A stretch of 64,000 nucleotides of DNA, taken from the NCBI GenBank assembly GCA_963721805.1, contig CAVRJY010000002.1, positions 416,001-480,000 on the forward strand. Direction: 5' to 3'. Positions 28,592-37,950 of the stretch are shown in pieces; the stretch's first letter is position 1, and each line of letters opens with the position of its first letter. The stretch comes from Nitrospirota bacterium (GTDB lineage Bacteria; Nitrospirota; Thermodesulfovibrionia; Thermodesulfovibrionales; JdFR-86). The position numbers and the translations under genes are program-made. The notes under the pieces are model-generated. The model saw nothing but the letters and a program-made list of their open reading frames with translations, ran no database searches and was not told where the DNA came from.

Positions 28592-30138
28592 CACTTGCCT
28601 CCGTCTTTTATCAGGGCCAGGGCCCTGTCGATTTTCTTTTCGAGGGATTCGCGGTACTTGTGCGCGCTCGCCGCGACCGTTATGGCCACCGAGCCCTTGT
28701 CGGCCCTTACGCGCACCCATATGCGGCGGTGGACCATGAAAAACGCGAAGAACAGCCCGATCCCCATCATCAGGCAGCCCAGGTATACGATCCAGACGCC
28801 GGGGTCCTTGCGCACCTGGAGCCCGGTGTACTGAAGCCCCCATATGTCCTTCAGCTGCACGGTCACGGACGGCGTGATCGCCCAGGTCTGCGGGTAGCGC
28901 TTGGCCAGCCAGTGCGTGCTTTTCTGCGCGCCGTCCTGGACCTCGAGCTTGACGGCCGGGTTGACCATCATCTCCTCGTTATACGTAAACGCATTGCCGC
29001 TTGGGTCGAACGAGAGCGCGGGGCTGTAGTCCGTGATCTTTGCCGTCATGCCCGTGCCCGGGATCTTGAAATCCTCGTCCATGTTGACGGTGAGCTCGGC
29101 CGCCTGGCTGCCGGATGCCCCGGCGTTCAGGATGAACTTTACGTGGTCAGACCTCTGGTTGACTCCGTAGCTGGACTGGTAGAAGGTGATGCCCTTGTAC
29201 GTGAGCGGGTCGTTGACGACGATCTTCTTTGTCACGGCCCTCTGCCCGCCGTCTATGACCGAGAGGGTGCTCTGGTATGCCTTGGGCATGTCGGAATTGC
29301 CGTAGAGTTCGAGGTTGAAGGCGTCGCACCTGAGGCCGAACCCGAAGGGGATCAGGCCGAGGCGCTTCATGCGGGCCTTGAGGTGCTCAGGGTCCACGCC
29401 CAGGGATGCGGCCGCCGTGGCCATGTCGCCCTTGCTCTTGTCGTACGCGACCCAGACGGCCTCGCGCTCCTGCTTTTCCTGTGCGTTAAGCGGCACCCTC
29501 ATGAAGGCGATGTAAGCGGTCTCGCCCTCGCCGACATTGGCTGACCCCTTAAACCCGAAGAATATCCCCGCCATCGCGCCGGCCAGGATGATCAATATGC
29601 TCATGTGGGTGATATACACGCCGAGGCGGCTGACAGGGGATGTCTGAGCGTATAGCTGGCCGTCGGCCTCGCGCACGTCCCTGAAACCGATAGAGCGGAG
29701 CCCGGCGCGGAGCAGCTCCTTCACCTCGTCGGGCTTGCCCTTGACCGTGACCTCGCGCTTGATCGGGAAGACCTTGAACTGCTCGTCCAGCAGGGGCTTA
29801 AGCGGCTCTCTCGCCACCTTCCATATCGCCGGAAAACGGTCCAGAGAGCAGACCAGGAGGTTCAGCGCAAAGGCCATCAAAAACAAGATGAACCACCACG
29901 AATGGTACATGTCCATGAACCCGAGCGAGTCCAGCACGCTGTATGCCGCGGGCGCGAGGGAGTCGCCGACGATGTCGGAGAGGATCTTGACGTTCCTGGC
30001 CGGCTCCGCGCCCTGTTCGATCACAGTTCCGACCATTGAGGTGCCCGCGATGAGCGCGAATACGACGATCGCGAACTTGATCGACGAAAGCGCGTCCCAG
30101 ACCCTGTCGATTGCGTTTTTCTTTTTCTTATCTTCCAT
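28591..30138 (-). CDS. resB: System II cytochrome c biogenesis protein ResB
   Basis: GTVIEQ, YHSWWF, GVYITHMS, VNDPLTYKGITFYQSSYG, TGLQVRKDPG. Confidence 0.95.
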   Translation of the reverse strand: MEDKKKKNAIDRVWDALSSIKFAIVVFALIAGTSMVGTVIEQGAEPARNVKILSDIVGDSLAPAAYSVLDSLGFMDMYHSWWFILFLMAFALNLLVCSLDRFPAIWKVAREPLKPLLDEQFKVFPIKREVTVKGKPDEVKELLRAGLRSIGFRDVREADGQLYAQTSPVSRLGVYITHMSILIILAGAMAGIFFGFKGSANVGEGETAYIAFMRVPLNAQEKQEREAVWVAYDKSKGDMATAAASLGVDPEHLKARMKRLGLIPFGFGLRCDAFNLELYGNSDMPKAYQSTLSVIDGGQRAVTKKIVVNDPLTYKGITFYQSSYGVNQRSDHVKFILNAGASGSQAAELTVNMDEDFKIPGTGMTAKITDYSPALSFDPSGNAFTYNEEMMVNPAVKLEVQDGAQKSTHWLAKRYPQTWAITPSVTVQLKDIWGLQYTGLQVRKDPGVWIVYLGCLMMGIGLFFAFFMVHRRIWVRVRADKGSVAITVAASAHKYRESLEKKIDRALALIKDGGK

Positions 30139-30273
30139 TCGGTCTCCTAATAAGATAATGCAAGCCTATAATTATACCATATAGACTTTGAACGAAACGT
30201 GAACCGCTGCGGCGCGGAACCGGTTGATTATCCACGGATTTGCAAAACAGGATAAAAATGGTACACTTTAGAC

Positions 30274-30795
30274 ATGGAAACCCTACGGTACGTAAACGAG
30301 TTCTTCTACTTTGTAGTGCGCTCAGAGGGGGGCACCCTGGACGTATGCTCCGGGGTCAACATGGACAGGTTCTATCCGGTCGTAAAGGGCCGCTACGGGA
30401 TTGGCGGCAATCCGGTCACGAGCGGGCTTAACCTGATAAACCGCGAGTTCTGCGCGCTCGCTCGGGACCGCGGCGCTGTCGGCACGTTAGCAAGCGGCGT
30501 GAAGCTGGTCTATCCGCTTCAGGAGGGCGACGACGGCACGCTGCAAAGCGGGGCGGATTGCCTGGGCATCGCCCCTACGAGGGGGCACTGGTATATGGAG
30601 CGCATCCGGATTGCGGGCGCCTCAGGGATCACTGCCGCCGAGCTCGTCGAGCGTGGCGCGATGGGCCTGATAAGGAAGGTCGTCTCATGCACTAACCTGC
30701 CGTATCCCCTGCCGGTGGCCCTGCCCGCGCCGGATGAGGCACAGGCATATCTCGGGGGGCTGTGCGAGGCGATCACGTCACTTGCCGGAGTCTAA
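30274..30795 (+). CDS. Hypothetical protein
   Basis: 173-aa ORF divergent from resB, host-like codon usage; no recognisable motif. Confidence 0.55.
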   Translation: METLRYVNEFFYFVVRSEGGTLDVCSGVNMDRFYPVVKGRYGIGGNPVTSGLNLINREFCALARDRGAVGTLASGVKLVYPLQEGDDGTLQSGADCLGIAPTRGHWYMERIRIAGASGITAAELVERGAMGLIRKVVSCTNLPYPLPVALPAPDEAQAYLGGLCEAITSLAGV

Positions 30796-32694
30796 CCTCT
30801 TTTTGGCTTCCAGGACGTATTCGCGCTCGCTGTCCTTGCCGTCGCATGCATCGATATATGACTTCCATGCCCCTTTCGCTCCGGATGAGTCTTTGGCCTC
30901 GTCGAGCACATCAGCCAGGTTATAGCGGGCCTCGCAGAAGCCGGGGTTCAAGCGCACCGCATCGCGGTATGCGCCGGCCGCACGCAGGTAGTCCTTCTTC
31001 ACGCGGTACAGCGAGCCCATAGAGTTGTGGACGAAGGGGTTGGAGGGCTCGAGCGCGACGGCCTTGCGGAGTTCGTCCTCGGCCTGCGGCAGAGAGTTGC
31101 TGTTCCTCCCCAGCTCCGCCTCTTTTATAAGGACTATTGCCAGGTCCAGGTGGCGCGAGGCCTCATTCGGTCCATGTGCGAGCGCCTTTTCGTACTTCTG
31201 TTTCGCCTGCTGAAACTCGCCGATCTCTTCGAGGGCCCCCCCGGTCATTCTCATTATGTCCGCCTGAGACGCTTGCGGGCCGCCGGGCTGAATGCCCTGC
31301 GCCACGGGCCCGGCCGCCGCTGCGGACGAAAGCGCCTTTGACGAGACGCGCGCGAACAGGTCCTCGGCCTCTTTGACCCGCCCGGCCTTAAGGAGTATCT
31401 GTCCCAGGTACGTAGCGGCCATGTCGTTGCCCGGGTTGATCCTGATTTCATTGGCGAAGAAAGAATAATCATCGCGCCACCGGGGCGCATCGCTGACCGT
31501 CTCGACGCCATAGCACAGGAGCAATATCGCCATCGCGGCCGCTGGTAGCGCCTTGACGCCAGCCCTGCTGCCGATCCGCTCGGCCGCCAGTGCCGCGAGG
31601 ATGCCGAAGCCGAGCACCGGGAGGTACAGATAGCGGGGCGAGAACAGTTGGGAGTTCATCGGTACGATATTCAGGACTGGCACGAGCGGTATGAACACCA
31701 GGGTGAGCGCGAAGAGCACCCGCCTGCTCCGCCTTGCCGCGAATACCGCGGCGGCCAGGCAGGCCATGACCGCGACGCCCAGGGCGCTGATGACCCCGCT
31801 GCGGAACGATTCATCATAGAAAAAATGGACGTCATACGGGAATACCAGGTTCTGCGCAGAAAGGTAAAAAAAGCTCGGGATCCGCACGATCCGCCCCAGA
31901 AACCCGGAGACGCCGTAGTTTTTGACGGTGAGCCCCAGGGCCTCGTACCTCAGGCCCGCATAAACCGCGATCACGAACAGATACGGAACTACCCTGCCCA
32001 CGACACTCTTTAGGGCGGGTCTGCCGTCCCTGTCCGGCCTCAGGTACTCGTATGCCACCAGGATCACAGGGAGGACCGCGGCGAGCTCCTTGGCCCCGAT
32101 CGCCAGCGCCATCGCCAGCAGAGAGAGCGCATATGACCAGGACGCGGGCCTGCTTGCCCGCACGTACAGGTAGAGCGAGAGGAGCATGAAAAACACGCAG
32201 ACCAGCGAGGTGCGGTCGGATATGAAAAGCACGGTGCCGCTCACGGCCGGGTGCAGGGCGAAGACCGCCGATGCCCCAAAGGCGACCGGCCACTTGTACA
32301 TCCGCCGGAGCACCAGAAACGCGAGCAGGACCGATCCGGCATGGAGCAGGATGTTCGTCAGGTGGAACATGCCCGCGTCCGCCCCCCATAACTCATAGTC
32401 AAGAGCCCATGAGACCATGCTCACAGGGCGATAGTAACCGGTTGGCTCAAGCACCTTGTCTTCGGACAATAGGAGGCGGGGAAGGGCGTTGATGTCCTTC
32501 AGCAGGCGGTTGGATTCCACGGATACGTGGTCGTCAGAGACGAACCCGTAATGGATTGCGCCCATATATGGCATTGAGCCCAACAGGGCAAGCAACAGAA
32601 ACGGCAGGATGGCGCGCGTGCGCACGAGACGGCCTTTTTCCATATTGGGCAACTTTCCTCCAGTCTGTAGCGAAGCCTTCGCGCGCTTTTTCAT
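30778..32694 (-). CDS. TMTC-like GT-C membrane glycosyltransferase with C-terminal TPR repeats
   Basis: FVSDD, YYRP, FHLTNILLH, FALHP, KE, RYLYLP, WRD motifs then TPRs. Confidence 0.85.
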   Translation of the reverse strand: MKKRAKASLQTGGKLPNMEKGRLVRTRAILPFLLLALLGSMPYMGAIHYGFVSDDHVSVESNRLLKDINALPRLLLSEDKVLEPTGYYRPVSMVSWALDYELWGADAGMFHLTNILLHAGSVLLAFLVLRRMYKWPVAFGASAVFALHPAVSGTVLFISDRTSLVCVFFMLLSLYLYVRASRPASWSYALSLLAMALAIGAKELAAVLPVILVAYEYLRPDRDGRPALKSVVGRVVPYLFVIAVYAGLRYEALGLTVKNYGVSGFLGRIVRIPSFFYLSAQNLVFPYDVHFFYDESFRSGVISALGVAVMACLAAAVFAARRSRRVLFALTLVFIPLVPVLNIVPMNSQLFSPRYLYLPVLGFGILAALAAERIGSRAGVKALPAAAMAILLLCYGVETVSDAPRWRDDYSFFANEIRINPGNDMAATYLGQILLKAGRVKEAEDLFARVSSKALSSAAAAGPVAQGIQPGGPQASQADIMRMTGGALEEIGEFQQAKQKYEKALAHGPNEASRHLDLAIVLIKEAELGRNSNSLPQAEDELRKAVALEPSNPFVHNSMGSLYRVKKDYLRAAGAYRDAVRLNPGFCEARYNLADVLDEAKDSSGAKGAWKSYIDACDGKDSEREYVLEAKKRLDSGK

Positions 32695-33413
32695 GGCCTG
32701 CGCCCCACCGCGAACACGGAACTGCCAAACGGCAGAGGCACGGCTTCGGGGATCCGGTTTTCGAGGCGCATCAGGGCAAGGAGGGCGTGGTTTATGAGCC
32801 GTGGCGGCAGGTTCACGTCCGAGCCCCGGAGGCCGAGCATCCTGCCGGCTACCCGCCAGGCCAGGATCGCCGGAAACAGCGCGCATACCCTGTAAGTCGC
32901 GTATTCGACCGAGAAGCCCGCCGCCTCAATCATTCCGGTCAGCCTCGATTTGGTATAGCGCCGGACGGCATTGACCGCGAGATCGTGCGGCCCGCGCATG
33001 AACTTGTAGGCCGGTACATTGACGATAAGCAACCCGCCAGGCCTCAGCGCGCGGTAGAACCTCCTGAGCAGGTGAACCTCATCGGCGATGCCCCGTTGGC
33101 AAAGGACGTCAATGCACGTTAGGACGTCATACCTGCCCGAGCCCAGCTCCGCGTGGTTAAGGTCGGCGCGGCTGGCCTTTACGCCCCGCCGTTGCGTGAT
33201 CTCCACGGCGGCCTCTGAGAACTCCAGCCCCTCGGCATCGAGGTGCGGCCCCAGGAGTTCGAGCAGCCTGCCGGTGCCGCATCCGGCGTCGAGCAGCCTC
33301 CCCCCGCTGCGGGCTCCTGCGAGCACGGTGCGCAGCACCTTTTCGTGCAGCGCGACGTACCACCAGTGCGCGTCTTCGGCCTTGCGCATCTTTATGTACT
33401 CGGCGCTCCGCAT
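32691..33413 (-). CDS. Class I SAM-dependent methyltransferase
   Basis: EDAHWWY, LLDAGCGTG, LRPGG, VPAY motifs. Confidence 0.9.
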   Translation of the reverse strand: MRSAEYIKMRKAEDAHWWYVALHEKVLRTVLAGARSGGRLLDAGCGTGRLLELLGPHLDAEGLEFSEAAVEITQRRGVKASRADLNHAELGSGRYDVLTCIDVLCQRGIADEVHLLRRFYRALRPGGLLIVNVPAYKFMRGPHDLAVNAVRRYTKSRLTGMIEAAGFSVEYATYRVCALFPAILAWRVAGRMLGLRGSDVNLPPRLINHALLALMRLENRIPEAVPLPFGSSVFAVGRRP

Positions 33414-33415
33414 CG

Positions 33416-34528
33416 TTATCCGAAAAATCCCCTTACGGTCTCGGCCACTTGCGCTGCCTCATCGGGCCTCAGGCCGGGCCACATCGGGAGCGAGAGTATC
33501 TCCGAGGCCGCGCGCTCAGTCACCGGGAGGCTCCCGGCGCCGAGCCCCAAAAAACCGTAGCCGCTCATCATGTGCACCGGCGTCGGGTAGTTGACCTTCG
33601 TGCCGATGCCGTTACGGGCAAGATATGTCGCCAGCGAGTCGCGCCGCGATGTGCGAATGGTATAGGCATAATACTGGTGGCTGCGCCCGGGGGGCTCCAC
33701 CGGAAGGCGCAGGTCGCCAGCGCCTTCGAGCATATCGGAATATATTGCCGCGCACGCCCTGCGCCTGCTGACGGCCTCGTCGAGGCGGGCGAGCCTCACC
33801 CTGAGCACAGCGGCCTGCAGCTCGTCGAGCCTTGAGTTGTAGCCCTCCTCGACCGAGTAGTACCCTCCGCCCTCCATGCCGTAGAACCTCAGTCTGCCGA
33901 GCCTCTTGGCTATGCCGTCATCCGAGGTTAGCACCGCACCAGCATCCCCGAGCGCGCCGAGCACCTTGGTCGGATAGAAGGAGAACGCGCCGATATCCCC
34001 GATGCCCCCAACCCGGAGTATGCCGAACCGTGCGCCCGCGGCCTGCGCGCAGTCCTCTATCACCCGCAGCCCGTGCCGGTGCGCGGCCTCCATGACGGCA
34101 TCCATATCGGCTGGCAGCCCGTAGAGGTGCACCGGCAGTATCGCGCGCGTGGCCCCGGTGACGGCGTCATCTAACAGCGACGCATCCATAAGCAGGTGCC
34201 CGTCCTCGACGTCCACGAAGACCGGCGTCGCCCCGGCCGCCCTGATGGCCGAAACAGTGGGCACGGCTGTGTTTGAAACGGTTATTACCTCGTCTCCGGG
34301 GCCGATGTCCAGGGCCTTTAAGGCCAGAAAGATCGCGTCCGTGCCGGAGTTCACCCCGACCGCATGCCGGACGCCGGCATATCCGGCCAGCTCGCGCTCG
34401 AACCCCTCGACCTCGGGGCCGAGTATCAGGCGGCCGCTCCTGAGGACCCTCTGTATCGCGCCTAGCACGATGGGCTCCTCCAGGGCGTACTCCCTCAGAT
34501 AATCCCAGTAGGGGATCAGATCAGGCAT
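33416..34528 (-). CDS. DegT/DnrJ/EryC1/StrS sugar aminotransferase (EvaB/DnrJ-like 3-aminotransferase)
   Basis: YWDYLREY N-terminus, NSGTDA, EDCAQA, SFYPTKVLGALGDAG, GYNSRLDELQAA. Confidence 0.92.
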   Translation of the reverse strand: MPDLIPYWDYLREYALEEPIVLGAIQRVLRSGRLILGPEVEGFERELAGYAGVRHAVGVNSGTDAIFLALKALDIGPGDEVITVSNTAVPTVSAIRAAGATPVFVDVEDGHLLMDASLLDDAVTGATRAILPVHLYGLPADMDAVMEAAHRHGLRVIEDCAQAAGARFGILRVGGIGDIGAFSFYPTKVLGALGDAGAVLTSDDGIAKRLGRLRFYGMEGGGYYSVEEGYNSRLDELQAAVLRVRLARLDEAVSRRRACAAIYSDMLEGAGDLRLPVEPPGRSHQYYAYTIRTSRRDSLATYLARNGIGTKVNYPTPVHMMSGYGFLGLGAGSLPVTERAASEILSLPMWPGLRPDEAAQVAETVRGFFG

Positions 34529-35232
34529 GACAGTATGCTCCTGGCGCAGGCGTTTACGTGTTCGCCGAAGTGAATGAAAAAGCGTATCTGCGAGATGTTC
34601 ATCCAGATGTAGCCGGGCGGGGCGTCCAGCCGGTCCCCTTCCCTGAGCATCATGATCCTGTGCCTCTGCTGCTCCCTGTAGAAACGGCCGCCCTCCTCTG
34701 ACTGCCATCCCTCCCACAGGGGCGCGAAGCGTCCGCCCCCGCTAAACTCGCTGAATAGAAACGGTGGGACGAGCTTTCTGTTTTCCTGGTAGTTCGAGGG
34801 CGTGAACTGAACCGTGGGCGCGATCTGGATCAGCGAACGGTTGCCGACGTCGGCCTTGCCCTGCATGAGGAAGTGTATGCGCCCGTTATGCCTGCCCAGG
34901 AGCAGGCCGATTACGCCTGTGCCTATATTGTCCATGATCGGCTGGCACCAGGAGCGTACCTCGCGCCCGGTCCCCTCGACGCACATGCCGATGATGCGGA
35001 AGAACTTCCCTGCCCGGTTGGAGTAGAAGCCCTCATTGTCGTACCCCCACTCCGAGAGCGTCGAGAGGCCCTCGTGCTTCACCCTCAAGTGGTTATCGGC
35101 CTTCATCGCGTCGATCCATGCGACGAGGTCGCGCAGGGTTACGAGGTCGGCCGCTCCGCCGCACCCAAGGGCTTCGAGCGCGATTTCCTCGCGGAGTGAG
35201 GACAGCAGCTTTTCCCCTGCGGCATCGGTCAT
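34516..35232 (-). CDS. NDP-hexose 2,3-dehydratase, single domain (second half)
   Basis: GKFFRIIG, WCQPI, IAPTVQ, QSEEGGRFY, ARSILSCL. Confidence 0.85.
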   Translation of the reverse strand: MTDAAGEKLLSSLREEIALEALGCGGAADLVTLRDLVAWIDAMKADNHLRVKHEGLSTLSEWGYDNEGFYSNRAGKFFRIIGMCVEGTGREVRSWCQPIMDNIGTGVIGLLLGRHNGRIHFLMQGKADVGNRSLIQIAPTVQFTPSNYQENRKLVPPFLFSEFSGGGRFAPLWEGWQSEEGGRFYREQQRHRIMMLREGDRLDAPPGYIWMNISQIRFFIHFGEHVNACARSILSCLI

Positions 35233-35903
35233 ACGAAGGCCGCCAGCACGCTTCGCGCGCAGTAGTTCACGACGTTGTCGCGGAGGATCAGATTTCTGAT
35301 CTGCCGGAGCGTGAGCCATATGAAGTTTTCCGGCAGAGGGGCAAGCTCGGCGGGTTCGACGCGCACCACCATGTTGCGGTTGGATTTATACAGGAACCTG
35401 CCGCCGTCCTCGCTCTGGAGCCTTGAGTATATGACGCGCTCCGGCCCTGGCGAAGTAAACAGGCCGACATAGAGAGGGAGCGAGCCGCCGTGCGACCGGC
35501 TGTAGTTGGAAAACGTGGCCTGCACGGTAGGCGAGAGCTGAATAGAGTTTATGTTGCCGGGCTCTTCCTTGGCCTGAAGGCAGAGGTGCAGTATGCCATT
35601 GATCTTCGCGGCCGCTATGCCGAGAATCCCGACCTCGGGCTGCTCCAGTATGGGCTGGTCCCACTGGGTCTCGCGCCGGCCCTCGCGGTGGCGCACGCTC
35701 ACGCCGGTCACGCTGAAAAACCTGCCGGACTCGTGCTCGATGTTGCCGCTTGCGGGGTCGGCCCGCCAGCCCCTGACCTCTCCGACCGGCACTACCGAGG
35801 CCCTCAAGCTGGGCCTCCCCATCAGGGCTTCCAGCCACTCGTCGACCTCTGTGTCCGCATGCAGCGCATCCGCGATCAGTTTGGACTCGATGACGTCGGC
35901 CAT
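35229..35903 (-). CDS. NDP-hexose 2,3-dehydratase, single domain (first half)
   Basis: HESGRFFSVTG, WDQPILEQPEVGILG, QAKEEPGN, QLSPTVQATFSNY, QSEDGGRF; start could extend to 36002. Confidence 0.88.
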   Translation of the reverse strand: MADVIESKLIADALHADTEVDEWLEALMGRPSLRASVVPVGEVRGWRADPASGNIEHESGRFFSVTGVSVRHREGRRETQWDQPILEQPEVGILGIAAAKINGILHLCLQAKEEPGNINSIQLSPTVQATFSNYSRSHGGSLPLYVGLFTSPGPERVIYSRLQSEDGGRFLYKSNRNMVVRVEPAELAPLPENFIWLTLRQIRNLILRDNVVNYCARSVLAAFV

Positions 35904-35991
35904 GGTATTGCGGTCAAGGCCCACATTATAAAATGCTCCGGCTGCGCCGCAGTCAACGTCCGTATAGCTGCGCAGAGTTTTATCGCCCGGC

Positions 35992-36972
35992 TCAGCCCGC
36001 ATGCTTAAACCTCCGCCCGGCGGCAGGCTCGACCGCGGCCAGGTTGTGCCTGACCTCCCGGACCACGAACTGCGGGCCCTTGTTTATATGCATGTAGACG
36101 CGGCCGACGTATTCGCCTATGATGCTCAACGCCAGGCAATTGATACCCAGCATGATGAGTATAAAACCGACAAGATCGTTGCTGAAGCCGTTGGACGAGT
36201 GCTGAGCAAGGTCAACAAGTAAGTTCGCCATGTTGAAGACATTGATGAGCACTCCGGCGACGATCATCAGGAAACCGACCACGCCGATCAGCCTGATCGG
36301 GAAGAGCGAGAAATTGACGACCATGTTGCCCCACAGCGATATGAGCTTCCTGATGGTATATCCGGAGCGGCCCCTGCGGCGTACGTCGTGTTCCACGATC
36401 ACGGTGCCGATATTCGACGTCGAGCGCATGATGATGCCGTCTATGTACGGGTCCGGGCCTGTGTACCGGATGATTTCATCCACGATGAAGCGCTTGACCA
36501 CCTTGAAGCTCGACAGGTAGAGGTTGCCAGGCTTTTTAAGCAGCATCTTGGCCATGACGTCATTGAGCGCGCTGCCGAAGTTCCTGATGAAACCGTGGCG
36601 CTTGACAATGAAGGCCGTATACACCACATCGTAACCCTTCTGGATCTCCTCGACGAGCTTTTCGACCTCCTCCGGGGGGTTCTGGAAATCGTCGTCCATG
36701 ATGACGCAGTACCGGCCGGTGACGTGGTGGAGCCCGGCCATGACCGCGTTATGCTCCCCGAAATTCCTCGCCAGGGTCACGTGAGTGACGATCTCGGGAA
36801 ACTCCGCCTGAAGCGCGCGGCAGATGCCCTCGGTGCCGTCGGCGCTGCCGTCGTTGACCGTTATTATCTGAAGCGCATAGCGCTGGCCGTATAGTTTTAT
36901 GATCCTCTGCACCAGAGCCCCTATGGTCTGTTCAGAGTTGTAAGCCGGGATCAATATCGAAAGCCTGATCAC
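35992..36972 (-). CDS. GT2 polyprenyl-phosphate glycosyltransferase (GtrB/ArnC-like)
   Basis: IPAYN, NDGSADGT, RNFGEHNA, MDDDFQNPP, two C-terminal TMs, GEYVGR. Confidence 0.92.
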   Translation of the reverse strand: MIRLSILIPAYNSEQTIGALVQRIIKLYGQRYALQIITVNDGSADGTEGICRALQAEFPEIVTHVTLARNFGEHNAVMAGLHHVTGRYCVIMDDDFQNPPEEVEKLVEEIQKGYDVVYTAFIVKRHGFIRNFGSALNDVMAKMLLKKPGNLYLSSFKVVKRFIVDEIIRYTGPDPYIDGIIMRSTSNIGTVIVEHDVRRRGRSGYTIRKLISLWGNMVVNFSLFPIRLIGVVGFLMIVAGVLINVFNMANLLVDLAQHSSNGFSNDLVGFILIMLGINCLALSIIGEYVGRVYMHINKGPQFVVREVRHNLAAVEPAAGRRFKHAG

Positions 36973-37068
36973 CCTTGACCTCCCCTTTTTCGGCCCTGCG
37001 GTGAATGGGAAACGCCGCGCGGCCTGTGCGGTTGATTGTTACTGCTTATCTTTCGAGGTCTTGCTTGA

Positions 37069-37497
37069 TCAGGCTGCGGGAGGGGAGAGCCCGCTTGTCA
37101 CGGGCAGGATGGGAGAGCCAAAGGCAGGCAATAACGAACGGTAACTGCTTTCCGGCGATGCGTTAACAAGAACATTCGGCGCTCTGGGTGAGACAGCCGC
37201 AAGATTATTACTGCGATATTTTATAGGGACTTTGGGCTTGCAGTCCCTCAGGACCACTTTCTTCTTCTGGACTATGATTATACGGTCGCCGCTATCGTTG
37301 TTATCGTCCACGTCCGTGGTGTCGAGGCTAAAAACCTCGGACAGCAATTTGCTGAAATAGAAAAGCTCATAACGCACCGTGAGGGCAGGACCCTCGGTAC
37401 AGCTCTTCTTTATGTCCGGTATCGACGAAAAAAGCGGGGAGGCCGCATAGATCGAAAACAAAATAATGAAGCAGTATGCGGGTTTTCTGATATTCAT
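37069..37497 (-). CDS. Hypothetical leader protein with N-terminal hydrophobic segment and C-terminal SGLSPP
   Basis: 142-aa ORF, first gene upstream of the glycosylation operon. Confidence 0.6.
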   Translation of the reverse strand: MNIRKPAYCFIILFSIYAASPLFSSIPDIKKSCTEGPALTVRYELFYFSKLLSEVFSLDTTDVDDNNDSGDRIIIVQKKKVVLRDCKPKVPIKYRSNNLAAVSPRAPNVLVNASPESSYRSLLPAFGSPILPVTSGLSPPAA

Positions 37498-37934
37498 CTT
37501 GCTTTAAGATAACACATACAAACGGCCAAAGGTCAAGCCTCCGCGGCCCATCTCAGTGCATGTTAGCGCGGCATGGAACATCTGTGCATCGTGACCCCTG
37601 ATTATTAAGAATAATCTTTTCAGGGCGTTGCTTGTTTTGTGAATGAGCCGGATGGGCTGCAATGCGCTGGAGATTCAGCCCGGCAGGTACGGTATTGGTA
37701 CAGCTTTGGGCATGAAATGTGGCGAAGTAAGCCTTCCGCTCGCGCGCACGAATACGGGAGGTTCGGATTTCCAGCTTTCTTGGCCGCACCAATTTGCGGC
37801 GTGTCACTCTCGCACTCACAGGCGGGAAATTATCCGGCTTAGTCGCCCAAAACGTGTTTAGCGTTTGACCTTCCGTAAAGAACCGTCTGACAAATCCGGG
37901 CGATTCCAGTCGGGTGTCCGCGTAAGAGGCGTTG

Positions 37935-37950
37935 CGGCACAAGCATTGCT
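37935..37950 (+). promoter_or_regulatory. Sigma-54 promoter candidate for the NHL/cytochrome operon
   Basis: CGGCAC-AAGCA-TTGCT, exact GG-N10-GC spacing. Confidence 0.6.
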
